Shown: positions 36,822-50,537 of the stretch, piece by piece
Layout of the letters: every line of letters starts with the position of its first letter
Numbering within the stretch: the first letter of the stretch is position 1
Source of the DNA: Azolla caroliniana
Lineage: Eukaryota; Plantae; Polypodiophyta
DNA length: 64,000 bases
Direction of reading: 5' to 3'
Assembly (NCBI GenBank): GCA_043228905.1
Contig: JBHGNT010000013.1
Location: 7,502,001-7,566,000 of the forward strand
Notes under the pieces: model-generated
What the model was told of the DNA's origin: nothing
Seen by the model: only the letters and a program-made list of their open reading frames with translations
Databases searched by the model: none
Program-made: the position numbers and the translations under genes

Positions 36822-39800
36822 ATGGCCACTGTTAGCGCTCAAGAATATCAATCTGTTTTCTCGGAGTTGCATTGCTTGAAAGAGAAGTTCCTTGCTTTCA
36901 AACAAGAAAATCAATGGTTGTTGGCGGATCTTCAACAAATCTCCTTAGAAAAGCAGCAAACGCAACAACAACATGGGGAACTTGCGTTACGCGTGCAACA
37001 ACTCGAAGCAACCATCGTAGTAATGCAACAACAAGGACCCGGAACACAAGGGATTCATAAAGAACCCAAGATCGGCCTTCCCATGAAATTCGATGGAACG
37101 CGATCGCAGTTTAAAGGGTTCCTTAATCAGGTACGACTAGTTATTCAAATGCATCCTTCCCGATATCCCACTGATGCATCACGAGTGGGTTTAGTAGGCA
37201 AGTTGTTAAGTGGGTCAATGTTGGCATGGTTTGCTCCGCTGTTAGAAAAAGAATCTCCATTACTAAACAATTTTGAAGAGTTTATAAGTGAGTTTAAAGC
37301 CTGTTTTAGAGATATTGACAGCATAAGGACAACAATCAACAAAATCCGATGACTATATCAAGGCGATTGTCCAGCTCTGCATACGCTGCAGATTTTCGTC
37401 TACTCTCCTCCGATATCCCTTGGGATGATCAAGCGTTAATGGAGAAATTTAATTATGGTCTACGTAACGATGTCAAAGATTTACTCTTGACCTTTCCCAA
37501 AGAACCAAAGTCATTAACAGAAGCAATCAGTCGTGCAGTGAGATGCGACAATCGCCTCTTCGAACAACATTCAGAACGTCAGTTCTAGATGCCAAGGGCA
37601 AGATCTGAGCCTACCTATGCCTCAATGGTAGTGAAACCTTTTCCAAGGGAGTCATATAATGCGCCTCCAGTGAGTACTCCAACTCTGATGGAAATTGACA
37701 CCACACGTCGTCGTGGACCGCTATCGGAAGAAGAAAAACAACGACACCGAGCAAATCAACTATGTCTTTATTGTGGTGGACCAGGGCATATCGCGGTAAA
37801 CTATCCCCATAAGCCAAGAAGGCAGGTAAACCAAATAGTTGCTAGTTCTGATTGTATTTTAGTGGGGATATATGATAGTCCTAATAGTACTAATAGCTTA
37901 AATCTAGCAAACAAATTTGATGTCCTTAGTCAGTTAGAAGAAGAGTTAAACGACTAAGTCTAGCCAAAAATAGGAGTCGTTTGGTTGGACAGCCCTAGAT
38001 CTGTGCAACCCATTAGTGGTTCCATTCCCTCTAAGCAAGTTAGCAATGTGTTCGTAGCCCAAGTAATAGTTAGTACTAAAAGTACCCCTCCAATACATGT
38101 CTTAGCACTTCTAGATTCCAGAGCTAATTCTTGCTTCATGAATAGGAACTTTGCCCAAGCTCATCAGATATCACTCAGAAAACTCTCGTGTCCAGCCTTT
38201 GTAGTAGTCATTGATGGTCGTCCCATTGCTTTCGGAAATATCATAGAAGAGTCAAAGCCTGTTGATATTGTCCTACATAATCTAACATGTGTAGTATCAT
38301 TTAATATAATTAGCATCCCAGAACACCCTATTGTTTTAGGATTACCATGGTTCAAATTACATAACCCAGACATAGATTGGAGAACAAGAGAAATACGGTA
38401 TCGAAAAGCCTGAGGGTCTACTCATGAGATTGCAACCATTTCGCTACATCAGTTGCGGGAAGAAGGACGCAAGGAAGAAATGTTTCTCTTCACAATATTA
38501 GTAAAGCCCTCAGACACCATTAAAGAGGAGTCCACCGTTCAACGTCCAAAGAAATATCATCATTATGCCGATGTGTTCAATAAAGTACAAGCCAATACGC
38601 TTCCTCACCATCGACCATATGATTGCCCCATCGATTTACAACCGGGGAAAGAGCCACCATAGGGACCGATCTACAATTTGTCACCAACCGAGCTAGAAGT
38701 TCTACGAGCCTATATAGAGGAGAATTTGGAAAATGTTTTCATTCAGCATCCAAAATCTCTAGCCGGCACACCCATTTTCTTCATCAAGTAAAAGGATGGA
38801 TCACTTCGTCTCGTTGTAGATTACCGTGGCTTGAATAAGGTTACAATCAGAAATAGGTACATGCACTTCCCCTTATCTCAAGTCTTTTAGAACGGATCAA
38901 TGGTGCAAGGTTCTTCACAAAGATCGACTTACGGGAGCCTATAACCTCGTATGGATCCGACGAAGAGATGAATGGAAGACCACGTTTCGCACCAAATATG
39001 GGCACTTCGAGTATACGGTCATGCCGTTTGGCCTCACTAATGCGCCAACAGTCTTCCAGCACATGGCAAATGATATATTTTGAGATCTCTTGGATGTTTG
39101 TTTGATCATCTATTTGGATGATGTACTGGTTTATTCGAAGACCCAAGAAGAGCATGATTCTCATGTTCTGTTAGTACTAAAACGACTTCGAGAATATGAT
39201 CTTTATGCAAAGCTGGAAAAATGTAGTTTTGGGTGCAATCAGGTGGAATTTCTGGGCTATGTCATTTCCTCGGAAGGCATCTCCATGGACCCAGCCAAGG
39301 TCAAAACGGTGGTAGAGTGGCAGACTCCGTGTTCAGTGCGAGATGTGCAATGTTTTTTAGGCTTTGCCAATTTTTACCAGAAGTTCATACAGGACTACTC
39401 AAAGCTCGTTCTGCCTCTCACACAGCTTATCAAGAAGGGACAATCATTCGTTTGGTCTAAAGAAAAGGACATGGCTTTTGAGAGTCTTAAAAAGGCATTT
39501 ACATCGGCTCCAATTCTAGCTCATGTAAATCTGGAAAAACCATTCATTATCAAAGCAGACGCATTGGATTTTGCATTGGGGAGCATTCTGTCACAACAGG
39601 GTAATGATGAGAAGCTACATCCTATGGCTTTTCACTCAAGCAAGTTTGACGTCACCGAAATCAACTACGAAATTCATGATAAGGAGCTATTGGAAATAGT
39701 GGACTATTTTACGCAATGGAGGCATTTTCTAGAGGGATCCTCTCATCCAGTCACCGTATTCAGTGACCACAAAAACCTTGCCTACTTTCAGGACGCTCGT

Positions 39801-41500
39801 GTGTTAAATCGACGTCAAGCTCGGTGGGCCCACTTCCTCACTTGTTTCGACTTCAAAATTACATATCTTCCGGGGAAGCATTGAAGGGAAGGCAGATGCA
39901 TTATCACGGCGTTCGTACCTAGCATTGCGTCCCGGCGAGCCAGCTTTTGATAACCAAAAGCAAGTAATCTTGGGACCAACACAACTGCAAGCAACACAGG
40001 TCTTTGGCATGCCCATGGATTCCCACCTTATCAATACTATACGTGATGACTTGAAGACCAATGCTTTCACCCAAGCCATTCTAGCACACAATGATCCCTC
40101 TCGAGCATCTTGTTCACAATCACAACCACCAGGTACGGACTATCGGCAATTCAAATACTATGATGGATTACTATTCTTTAATGAACTCTTGTATGTTCCT
40201 AATGGTTCTTGCCGCCTTCGAGTAGTCCAAAACTTTCATGAACATATACAGTTGGGCATTTTGGGAGTACTAAAACATTAGATTTAGTACAACGATCATT
40301 TTGGTGGCCCCGTATGCGACAATTTGTCGAAGATTTTGTTCGGACTTATGATACATGCTACAGAGCGAAAATGCCAAGGCATCATCCATATGGTTTATTA
40401 GAACCATTACCAATTCCAAGCAAGCCGTGGCAATCCATTGCTCTAGACTTCATCACAGATCTTCCAGTCTCTAAGGGGTTCAATGTGATTCTAACAGTCA
40501 TAGATCCATATATAAAGATGGCTCATTTCTTGCCATGTACTAAGGAAATCTCCACTTAAGAAACCGCTAAAATTGTCATGCGTGAAGTATGTCAGCATCA
40601 TGGCCTTCCCGATAGTATCATCAGCAACCGTAGACCCTAGTTCATATCGAAATTCTGGAAGCACCTCTCCTCCAGCTACCACCCACAAACCGATGAACAA
40701 GCAGAATGAACAAATCAAATGCTGGAGCAGTATCTTCGGTGCTTTCTAAGCTATCATCAGGATGACTAGACAAATATTCTCCACTTCACCAAAATTGCCT
40801 ATAATAACTCTGTCCACGCATCGACTAAAGTTACACCATTTTATGCTTATACGGGTTGTCACCCCCGGTGGTGTGTATTTGAAACCCCAGAGTTGTCCAC
40901 AAATCCTTGTGCAGAGGATCGTTTAGAGAGGTTACGGAAGATACAAGTTGATTTATCTACTCATCTCCAACAAGCTCAACAAACACACAAGGTTTACGCG
41001 GATCGTCATTGACTTCCATCCATTTTTAACATTGGAGATCGGGTATGGCTACTACGATGACACGTCAAGACTACTCGCCCATGTGAGAAGTTGGATTATC
41101 GGCGATTAGGTCCTTTCCCTATTATAGGAAAGATTAATGATGTCGCTTTTCGTCTCGATCTACCTCCGCAACTTCGGATACATCCGGTGTTTCATAGTTC
41201 TCTCCTCGAACCCTATCAAGAGAGCACTATCCCAAGACGTATTACCCAGCCTCCACCCCCGATAGAGCTTGAAGATGGACCTGAGTACAAGGTTGCCGCC
41301 ATCCTTGATTCCAAGATTGTTGACAACAAGCTCTACTATCTAGTCGATTGGCTAGGATATAGTCCCAACGAGTGTGTACTTGGGAACCGATAGAGAATGT
41401 GACCAATGCTCATGCTCTTCTTGAAGACTTCCATCGTCAATATCCAGACAAACCGGGTCCTCAATCCAAAATGACTCATGACACTTGTCATTCTAAAAGG
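36822..41500 (+). pseudogene. gag-pol: Chromovirus gag-pol with a C-terminal chromodomain
   Basis: Gag EPKIGLPMKFDG and CLYCGGPGH, protease LLDS, RT YLDD, RNase H NYEIHDKELL, integrase IALDFITDLP and GPF, chromodomain EYKVAAILDS...YYLVDWLGY. Confidence 0.95.
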
Positions 41501-41812
41501 GGGATAGTGTCATGATTTGGCAAGACTCGAACCCATGACCTTATGGTACATGGGTCGAGCTCTTGACCATTAGACCATACATTGTAATACGTAGAATATT
41601 ATTTTCATTTATGTTTTATTATAGAAAATTAATGTATATTCCAAATTTCTCTGGAACATTCTAGAAACTTTAGGAGTATTCCTGAGAACACTATAAAAGG
41701 AGGCACAAGGCATTATTTCGAACCAAATTGATTCAACGCCAGTCTTAAGCCTCCTACCTACTATTGTATACTCTCTTCACATAATATATATCATTTATCA
41801 TCATTCTCTCTC

Positions 41813-41869
<57 letters not shown>

Positions 41870-43162
41870 CGCTCGCTCACTCTTTCCTTCTCTCGAGAGT
41901 TCTACATCTCTCTTAGTACTAATCCTCATCTTTTAGTACTAATTCCTTCTCTGTCTTAGTAGTTATCCTAATAGCTCCTTCCTAGACGATGCAGTCTGCA
42001 CTTGTGAGTACCCAATTTGTTGATCTAGCCTGCAAGAGCACTGTAAATCATCAAACCATGTTATCTCTTCCATGAGTGGTCTTTTAGATTCAGTATTGTG
42101 TCTAAGAGAATCTACGGTTATCTTCCACAGTCATAAATGTGTCATGGGTTTATGTCAATATTGTGGCTCTCATAGATTTAGGTGGTGTCCAAAAGAGTTG
42201 TGTAGTGAAATATTAATCCCTAACAAGTTATTTGAGTTCGTGGACATCAATTTTGAAGGAAAGGTGTGTAAAAGAAAGGATCTAATTAGGAAGTCGTGTA
42301 AACCAAGGGATTTGGCTTCTCTTACTATAGTATCTCTACGAAAGTTCATTAAACACAACTTCATTTATTCATGGCAAATCCATCAGTTTAAGACTTCCAT
42401 ATCTGATTTTCCAAATGATGTAGTAGTCTCAGTAGTAGATTTCGCCGAGAATTATACTTTCACATAGTAGAATGAAATTCAATCCATGCATTGGTGTTCA
42501 ATGCAAGTAACCATTTTTGTGCAAGTAACATATTTTCAAGTTTCAGGTGATGTTGAGAAAGTAATTCATTTTTTTATATCTGATGATAAGAAGCATGATA
42601 CCTTTTTTTTCCAACACTATTTTAAGCTACATTGGCAATGGTTATTATGTGAACGTTTGGAGCTTACTCAACATTGGGTCTGGTCTGACGAAGTTGCGTC
42701 ACAATTCAAGGCTAGACGTCTATTTTAATTTGTTGGGAGGTATCCTTGTGTAATAGGTTTGGAGATGAGATGGAATGTTTTTGGGTCTGGCCATGGCAAA
42801 GGTGAACATGATGGATCAGGTGTAGTTATAAAGCGGGCACTTACCCATGAACAGCTAAAGGTAGGCGGTGTGCATATGAATTGTGCAGCACATGTAGTTG
42901 AATTTTTAGGAGGTAATATGTCAACGAGTGCAACTGGTGTTTATTCCTCACAGGTCCAAGATATCAAACGTGAATTTTGGGAAGTGAAGATAGATGAAGT
43001 AAATAGGGAGAAGACTTGGGAGTGCCAAGGAATTCCCGAATTGTGATCTCTCCATGTTGTTCGGGGTTATTCTAGGTTAGAGAATTAACTTGTTTTTGCT
43101 TCCATTGTGTGCAGGGAAATTGGAGGTATTGTTTAAACAAAGCATATATTCATAATTGGGAG

Positions 43163-43547
43163 CTACCAATTTGTGTGTTCATGTTGATTAGTGTCCTCTC
43201 TTCTTTTTCTTCGTTGGCCTTTCTTCCTTCAATCATGTGCTACGTAGCGGCACTACGGTAGCGGATAGCTGGAATTTGTCGTTGGTGTTTCGAACACACA
43301 ATCACAGAGTCGGGTGGGCTTAGTGGATGTGCTAAACCATAGGCTCTAATACCATATTAAGAATTAGGTAATTAAGCAGGGTTAATTACTACATAATTAT
43401 GTGATTAAGTTAAATGGATGATTAAGTGATATGTATGTGTATGTGTGAGACGAAGAGAGAGAGGAAGTTAACACTTATGAACAATGAGACAAGATGGGGG
43501 ATGATTAACTATATTAAGCACATGTGTGAGTAGAATATAGGTACAAA
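43163..43547 (-). mobile_element. LTR element 5' remnant: short LTR-like segment (43356-43547) and PBS-Met
   Basis: GCTCTAATACCA at about 43343-43354 is a degenerate reverse-complement PBS. The LTR-like part has an inverted homolog at 60866-61098. Confidence 0.65.
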
Positions 43548-43685
43548 CTCGTAGGCATCGAATGTGACGACTGGTTTCATTTTCGACTTGGCTCTTGAGC
43601 TTTTGAAAGTGGGAGTGCACTTCGTTATTCTTCTTCATCGGGAAGATCCACGTGCAACACGAGTAGTCGTCGATGAAGGTGACGT
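43548..43685 (-). pseudogene. copia integrase fragment H (continues at 60547-60865)
   Basis: Joining across the gypsy F insertion restores GGCRYYVTFIDD. LWHKRIGHINLQRL lies at 60675-60866. Confidence 0.85.
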
Positions 43686-44065
43686 TGTTGTGAAGATTTT
43701 CGGCAACGGTGTGAAAATCATGTGGAAAGGAGAAAACCGAGAAGGGTTAATTTTCATGCTTCACTTACTGTTTTCTTCTCAGTGAGTTATCCCACATATA
43801 TATGCAGCTAACATAACTCTCTCTATATAAAGACTCACTTATCTCACATATATATAGATATATAGATATATATATATATGACTATGTATATATATGTGTG
43901 TGTGTTTACATTCATCCGAACTTCTATTCAACCGATTACTATTTGATTCAATCTTATATCGGCTTTTCGGTCGATTTCGGCAACCGATTTCCATTTCGGC
44001 TTTTTCAGTCGATTTTGGCCAACCGACTCCCCCCACAAGGAGGGACAACCTTACATAACACAATT

Positions 44066-47000
44066 TGTTGGGAAGTCGGTCCCTCCAAATGGGATTCGGT
44101 TATGAATGAAGAGGACACAGTGAGAACCGGAAGAGATCCGGAAATCGGATCGGATGGACCCAGTGAGAACCGGAAGAGAAGACATATTTGTAAATATGTT
44201 TTGAGTAAGCCTATTGAGGCTATATATTTGTAAATAGCCCTAAGTTCATATAAGTATAAATATGACTTAGGGCAATCACTTTAGATGGTTGTTGTTGTCA
44301 TATAGTTGTATGTGTATAACTGTTGTACAGAGAGTGACAGATAGAGAGAGAGAGAGAGAGAGAGGAGATACAGAGCGATACTTTGGTACCAGGATGGCTC
44401 TAGTATGGCGAAGCACATGAATGCCTTCCAGGGGATGATATATCAAGCCACCTCGTTGGAAGTACCTCTCGCCGATGAGGTACTCGCATTGTTCTTGCTC
44501 GGTTCCCTCCCGGATAGTTGGGAGACGTTAGTTGTCACGTTGGGCAACGTCAGGTCAGAAGGAAAGCAGTTGTCCCTAGCAAGAGTCAAGTCAAGCTTGC
44601 TAGAAGAAGAAGCTCGCCGAAAGGACCGAGAGTCCAGAACCGATCCGAAGGCCTTGGTTATAGAAGATGACCACAATCCGGGAAGAGGCTGGTATCAGAG
44701 TCCCCAAAACCGGGACAAATTGAGGACGAGGTCGAAGTCAATGGGGACGCCTACTTGCTTCTACTGTGGGAAGCCAGGGCATTTCCAGAAGAACTGTCGG
44801 TATTTCTGTCAAGAGAAAGAAACCGGTACTACCGATTCATAGAAGAGTTTGGACTGAAACGGTTCAGACCAAAAAGGACTAGATCGGAAGGGAACATCGG
44901 TGATCGCAACAAGTGAAGAAGAACTGATTCTCATTACTGAGGAGAATGAGTTAAACCTTGTTGGCGACGAGACAACATGGGTTGTCGATTCCGGAGCGTC
45001 GTTCCACTTGACACCGGACCGGAGGTGCTTCTCATCCTCCACAGTTGGAAATCACGGTTGTGTCCGGATGGGGAATGAAGGTACATGCCAAATTTTTGGC
45101 ATAGGAGATGTGTTGTTGACGACATCAACCGGATGCAAGTTGTTGTTAAAGGATGTCCAACACGTTCTGGAGGTTCGGTTGAACCTGATATCCGTCGGTC
45201 GGCTAGATGATGAAGGTTACACGGGTAGCATCTGGAATGGAGTCATGAAGTTCAGCAAAGGGAGTCTAATAGTGGCTCAAGCCCAGAAGGTCAACACACT
45301 GTACTTGATGAATGCCCGGATACACCGGGAAGAAATGAACATTGCATCCAACATTTCCCATGAGTTGTGGCACAAGAGACTGTGTCATATGAGCTAGAAG
45401 GGGATTAGAAGACTTGCCGAAGACAACCTCATTCCGGAGGTGTAAGACATGCATCTTGAGAAGTGCATTGATTGCTTGGCGGGCAAGCAAAACCGAACCT
45501 CCTTCCGGTCAAGACCACCAATGAGACGAAATGCACCACTTGAGCTGGTGCATACCAATGTGTGTCAAGTGGACACGAAGTCACATGCTGGATCGCAGTA
45601 CTTCATGACATTCATAGATGACCACAACAGGAAGCTATGGGTCTCACCGTGGAAGACGAAGGATCAGGCGCTATCCGTCTTCAAGGAGCTCCACGCGAGA
45701 GTGGAAAGAGAAACTAGTCGGAAGCTTAAGGTGGTTCGAGCAAACAACGAAGGAGAATACCAGGGGCAGTTCGGGGAGTACTACTGGTCAAAGGGAATCC
45801 AGCTCGAATTCACCATGTTGAAGACACTGGAATTGAACGGGCTGGCTGAACGGATGATCCGGACCCTAATGGAGAGAGTCTGCATCATGCTAGCATATGC
45901 CAAGTTACCCAAGACGTTTTGGGCTAAGGCGTTGACGACGGCGACCTATGTGATAAACAAATCACACTCAATACCCTTGGATGGAGACACACCGCAAAGA
46001 GTATGGACCGGTAAGGAAGTATCCTACTGGCATCTAAAGGTGTTCGGATGTCTTACTTACATGCATGTGGCGAAGGACAAGAGAGCAAAGCTAGATCTGA
46101 AGTCCCGGCCATGCATATTCCTTGGATACAGCGATGATGAGTTTGGTTGTCAAGTGTGGGATCTGGTTGCCAAAAAGGTGTTCCGGAGTTGGGACATAGT
46201 CTTCATGGAAGATAGGACCATTGCCGACTGGGAGTCGGAGAAGAAGGTGATGAACCCCGGATCATCCAATGAAAACCGGCTTGAGGACACAAGGACTTAC
46301 CCGGTTGAAAACCGGATGTTAGCCAGTAACCGGATGACACTTGACGAACCGGCTAGATACGGACAAGAAACCGAACCAACCGAAGAAGAAGAAGACACCA
46401 GAACCAGACAAGATCCCGAATCAGATGAGGATGAGGAACAAACTGAGGAACCGGTAGTTAGAAACCAAGGACAGAGATATCCTCTCCGAGAGAGAAGACC
46501 CCTCGGAGATTTCCAGATGCAGAGCCACACCCACTGTCGCAAGTGGTTGAGTGCCATGCAGGATGAGAGGGATTCCCTACATGAGAACCACACATATGAA
46601 CTGGCTGAGTTGTCGAAAGGGAAGAGAGCACTCCGGAACGAGTGGGTGTACAAGCTGAAACCGGGAGATGTCGGAAATCCACCAAGGTATAAGGCCCGAA
46701 TCATGGTGAAGGGCTTCCATTAGAAGAAAGGAGTGGACTTCGATGAGATCTTTGCCCCGGTAGTAAGGATGGATGGTATGCGGCATAGCGGCAAGCATGG
46801 ACCTCGAGGTAGAGCAACTGGACGTCAAGACGACATTCCTACATAGCGACTTCGAAGAAGAGATCTACATGCATCAACCGGAAGGATTTGAGAAGAAAGG
46901 GAAGGAGCACCTGGTGTGCCGGCTGAAGAAGAGCCTATACGGATTCAAGCAAGCCCCTCGGCAATGGTACCAGAAGTTCAACTCGTTCATGACCAACCAA

Positions 47001-48529
47001 GGGTACCACAAGATGTAGGCCGATCACTGCGTGTTTGTGAAGAAATTTGACGGAGGAGATTTCCTGATACTCCTCCTATATGTGGATGATATGCTGATCG
47101 TCAAACGAGACCAAGTCAAGATACGGATGCTGAAGAAGGCTCTGAACTGGATCTTCTCAATGAAAGACTTGGGTCTGGCAAGACAGATATTGGGAATGCA
47201 CATCACCCAGTACCGGTCGAAGAAGTTGTTGTGGTTGTCACAGGAGAAGTACGTGGCAAAGGTGCTTCAACGGTTCAACATGTTGGAAGCGAACCCGGTC
47301 AGATCGACACTTCCGGCAAACTGCAAGCTATCTAGAAAACAAAGTCCGAGGACAAACGCGGAGAAGATGGATATGATGAAGATACCATATGCCTTTGCGG
47401 TTGGAAACTTGATGTATGCAATGGTATGTACCCGGCCGGATATCGGATATGCAATCAGGGTGGTGAGCCGGTTCATGATCAATCCCGTAAAAGAGCACTG
47501 GAACGCAGTCAAGTGGATACTCCGGTATCTGAAAGGCTTTGGTAATCCCCAACTTGACGGATTCACGGATTCGGATATGTCGGTTGATGCGGATACCAGC
47601 CGGTCTACATCCAGATATATCACGACTTATGCAGGGGGAGCTGTATCGTGGCAGTCGAGGCTGTAGAAGACGGTTGCGTTGTCAACCACGGAGGCGGAGT
47701 ACATGGCAGTTGTGGAAGCCGGCAAGGACATAATCTAGATGAAGGACTTCATCAGAGAGCTAGGGATCCAATAGGAGGAATACCAGCTCCACTGCGACAG
47801 TCAAAGTGCCATCCACCTTGCAAAGAACGTGGCCTACTATTCCCGGACGAAACATATCTAGCGGAGCTACCACTAAATCTAAGAGAGAGTAGAAGATCAA
47901 GAGTTCGTGTTGACGAAGATCCACACGGAGGAGAATGGGTCGGATATGCTGACCAAGGTCCTGACAACCGACAAGCAGGATGCATGCCGAAGGCGGATTG
48001 GGCTGACGGGCCATCCCATGCCGGGTTGGAGGGGGAGATTGTTGGGAAGTCGGTCCCTCCAGATGGAATCTGGTTATGAATGAAGAGGACCCCTGAGAAC
48101 CGGAAGAGAAGACATATTTGTAAATATGTTTTGAGTAAGCCTATTGAGGCTATATTTATAAATAGCCCTAAGTTCATATAAGTATAAATATGACTTAGGG
48201 CAATCACTTTAGATGGTTGTTGTTGTCATATAGTTGTATGTGTATAACTGTGGTATGGAGAGTGACAGATAGAGTGAGAGAGGAGATACAGATCGATCCT
48301 CTGTTGTAACCACCGTTTGGCGAAGAAACAAAGCTCGAGGTTGTTGCCTCCTAGTCTCTGATTGTACCTTTCTCATATAGTGATAGTTTGGAATCAATGG
48401 GCTCCCGTGGTTTTTTCCTATTAGGGTTTTCCACATAAACATCCTATGTACTTTCTTTTGGTGTACGAGTATTTATCTCTATTCCCATTTCTGTGTTTGA
48501 TCCTTAAATGAAGTGATCTAAGACTCGGT
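44066..48529 (+). mobile_element. Ty1/copia element E (same lineage as 5292-10817), both LTRs partly deleted
   Basis: LTR starts TGTTGGGAAGTCGG at 44066 and 48040. PPT GGAGGGGGAGA. gag-pol ORFs 44405-47666 parallel those at 6371-9909. Confidence 0.93.
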
Positions 48530-48924
48530 ATCTATAAGAGAGTGGCTAAAAAAGGAAATGGGGAATCAATCAATTAGTCAAGCAAGCTATGTATTGATCA
48601 AGAAAATAATAATAATAAATCTAGTTATCCTATTGATGATGTATCTCATCTCTAAAAATTGAAGTCAAGGGTTCAATATCTATCTCTATCTCAATCTCTC
48701 TCTCTCAATCTGTCTCATAATTGGAATCTCCATCTCTCAATCTCTCTCTATCTATCTTAAATACTTTCACGCTAAAGCTAGTACAAACTTTGAATCCTTC
48801 CGGTCCAGGACCCTGGTGGTTCCGCTTCATTTCACAAACACACGAGAATTTCCTTGACATATTTCTTAGTGAACTCGATGTGAAATAAGAGGAAGGAAGG
48901 ATCAAGGCGAGGATCGACTGATAC

Positions 48925-50537
48925 TTGGAGATGGCATCCTCAAGAAATCAAGGGGGAGAGTTCGAAAGTATGATGATAATCGTCGAACAAATGATGAGAT
49001 CCCGGGACAACGATACGAGCGTGGAGAAGGCCGTTGACTGTATCATGGAGATCGAGGGTCAATTTGATGGAAGGAACATTACGAAGTTCCTTGATGCATA
49101 CAAAAGGGAGATGAATCAGACGGACGTGTCTCAAGCACGTCAAATCTCGAGTTTTAAGCGAGTTGCCGCCAACAACATCCAAAAATGGGTCATCAAGCAT
49201 CAAGAAGGGAAGACAACATGGATTGAGTTCGAGAAAACAATATTAGCAGAGTTCATGGCGAAAGATTTGTCGAGGATGACTCGACATGTCTTGATGAAGT
49301 GGATAGAGAAGAAGAATAAGAAGATGAGTGCCTCGAGGGTGTACGGCGAGTTCAACCAGATGTTTAGTCATCTCCCCGCCACAGACCAAGTGCTACTTGA
49401 GGAGGACAAAACTTTGTACTTCCTAAAAGCTGTGGATATGAAGGATAGACGAGAATTGGGTACTCTCCTCGAAGATGACACCCAAGCGAATGGACTTGTC
49501 GTTGACTGGACTGCAGTGAAGCGAGTGTGCAATAGGCTCAACAAGCGTCTTCAATGGGTTGATTACAATGCGAGCCTTCGAGAGGCCATCCGACAAAATA
49601 TTGTATACATGGATCTCAACATGATTTTCTCGAGTAAAACTCGAAGACCCCTGCGGATGAATTTCGGAAGAGGGGGAATGAAGAAAGCTATGGAATATGT
49701 TGAGGCGACTCATGTGGATGCGATGCACTACACTACATCGGCCGGAATAAGAGTCGGGAAAGATAAAAATGAAGCTGCTAAGACAGGAACAAAGTTTTGG
49801 TCTTTGTTCTTGAGTGTAAGAAGGGAAAAGTTACTTCGGACAATGTAGTGCTTGCGGACCAAATGTACAAAGTATCACTGGATGGTCGGATCTAGTAGAT
49901 AACAACATCATACTCGCGGAAGTGATGTGTGACAACCACGAGGAGTTCGAGGATGAAAAGAGGAAAAGAATAGAAGGGCAACATAGCCCATCAAAAAGAC
50001 ATGAAACAAGGAGTGAGGAAAAGAAAGAAGATGCCGAAGCAAGTCGAGCTTTACGAAATGAGCATGAAGACTCAAGCCGGAAAGGGGAGTCGACCAAATG
50101 AGTCGGAGAAACGGTTCGGCCTGTGAGGGTTGATGTCGAAGACCCCGTTCGGAAGACATGAACTATGCCTACCTATAAACTAAGGTCGGACATAGAACAA
50201 ACGACAAACCTAAAGAAGATTCTCGAGGAGCATGTTTTGGTAGCCACGTGACCTTGTTCTTGAGGGAATTGCTCGGCATTACGAAGGAGTTCCATGATAC
50301 GATCGTGGACCTCATAAAGAGAAAAAGGAAACAGTCAGACAAGGAAGAAGAGAAACCACTAAAAGCAAAAGTGAATGTCATAACGATGGCAAGGGATGAA
50401 TTCGATGAAGATATGGTGGACAACCACTATGCTCGGCCTCATTCGGTGCGAGTAACGACAGAGACGCCAGTAAAGTTGAGAGATAGAAAAGAGACAGTCG
50501 TAGCCTTAATAGACCATGGGTCCAAGATCAACCTTAT
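48925..50537 (+). pseudogene. gag: Gypsy F gag and start of protease
   Basis: GQFDGRNITKFLDAY and FLKAVD...LLEDD...DWTAVKRVC, then protease ALIDHGSKINL at the break. Confidence 0.85.

Larger units (their letters stand above)
36325..41973 (+). mobile_element. Full-length chromovirus (Tcn1/Tf1-sushi-like Ty3/gypsy)
   Basis: LTRs at 36325-36748 and 41508-41973. TSD GCTCT/GCTCC. PPT AAAAGGGGGATAG. No tRNA-type PBS is present. Confidence 0.95.
33550..43162 (+). mobile_element. Sola2-like DNA transposon copy 2 (left TIR and transposase; right part lost)
   Basis: It starts GGGTGAAAGCATGCGAGTGGAAACA and is colinear with 1767-10990. Homology stops near 43162. Confidence 0.9.
34478..43162 (+). pseudogene. 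Sola2-like transposase pseudogene copy 2 (intron 35205-36141; chromovirus insertion 36325-41973)
   Basis: Splicing CAG|GT at 35205 to AG at 36141 gives SPNKKD...HLLDVPQ-VDLFIRF..HPNIK. Motifs are VVDFAENY, SDDKKHD, WSDEVASQFK and GSGHGKGEHDG. Confidence 0.87.

Noticed and set aside
36822-37957. Domesticated PEG10/RTL-like gag gene
   Set aside because: It sits between two LTRs with a TSD and contains stops and frameshifts, so it is an ordinary chromovirus gag.
37940-37990. Programmed frameshift or readthrough signal at the gag-pol junction
   Set aside because: The stops here could be C>T decay and there is no canonical slippery heptamer. It cannot be resolved from one degenerate copy.
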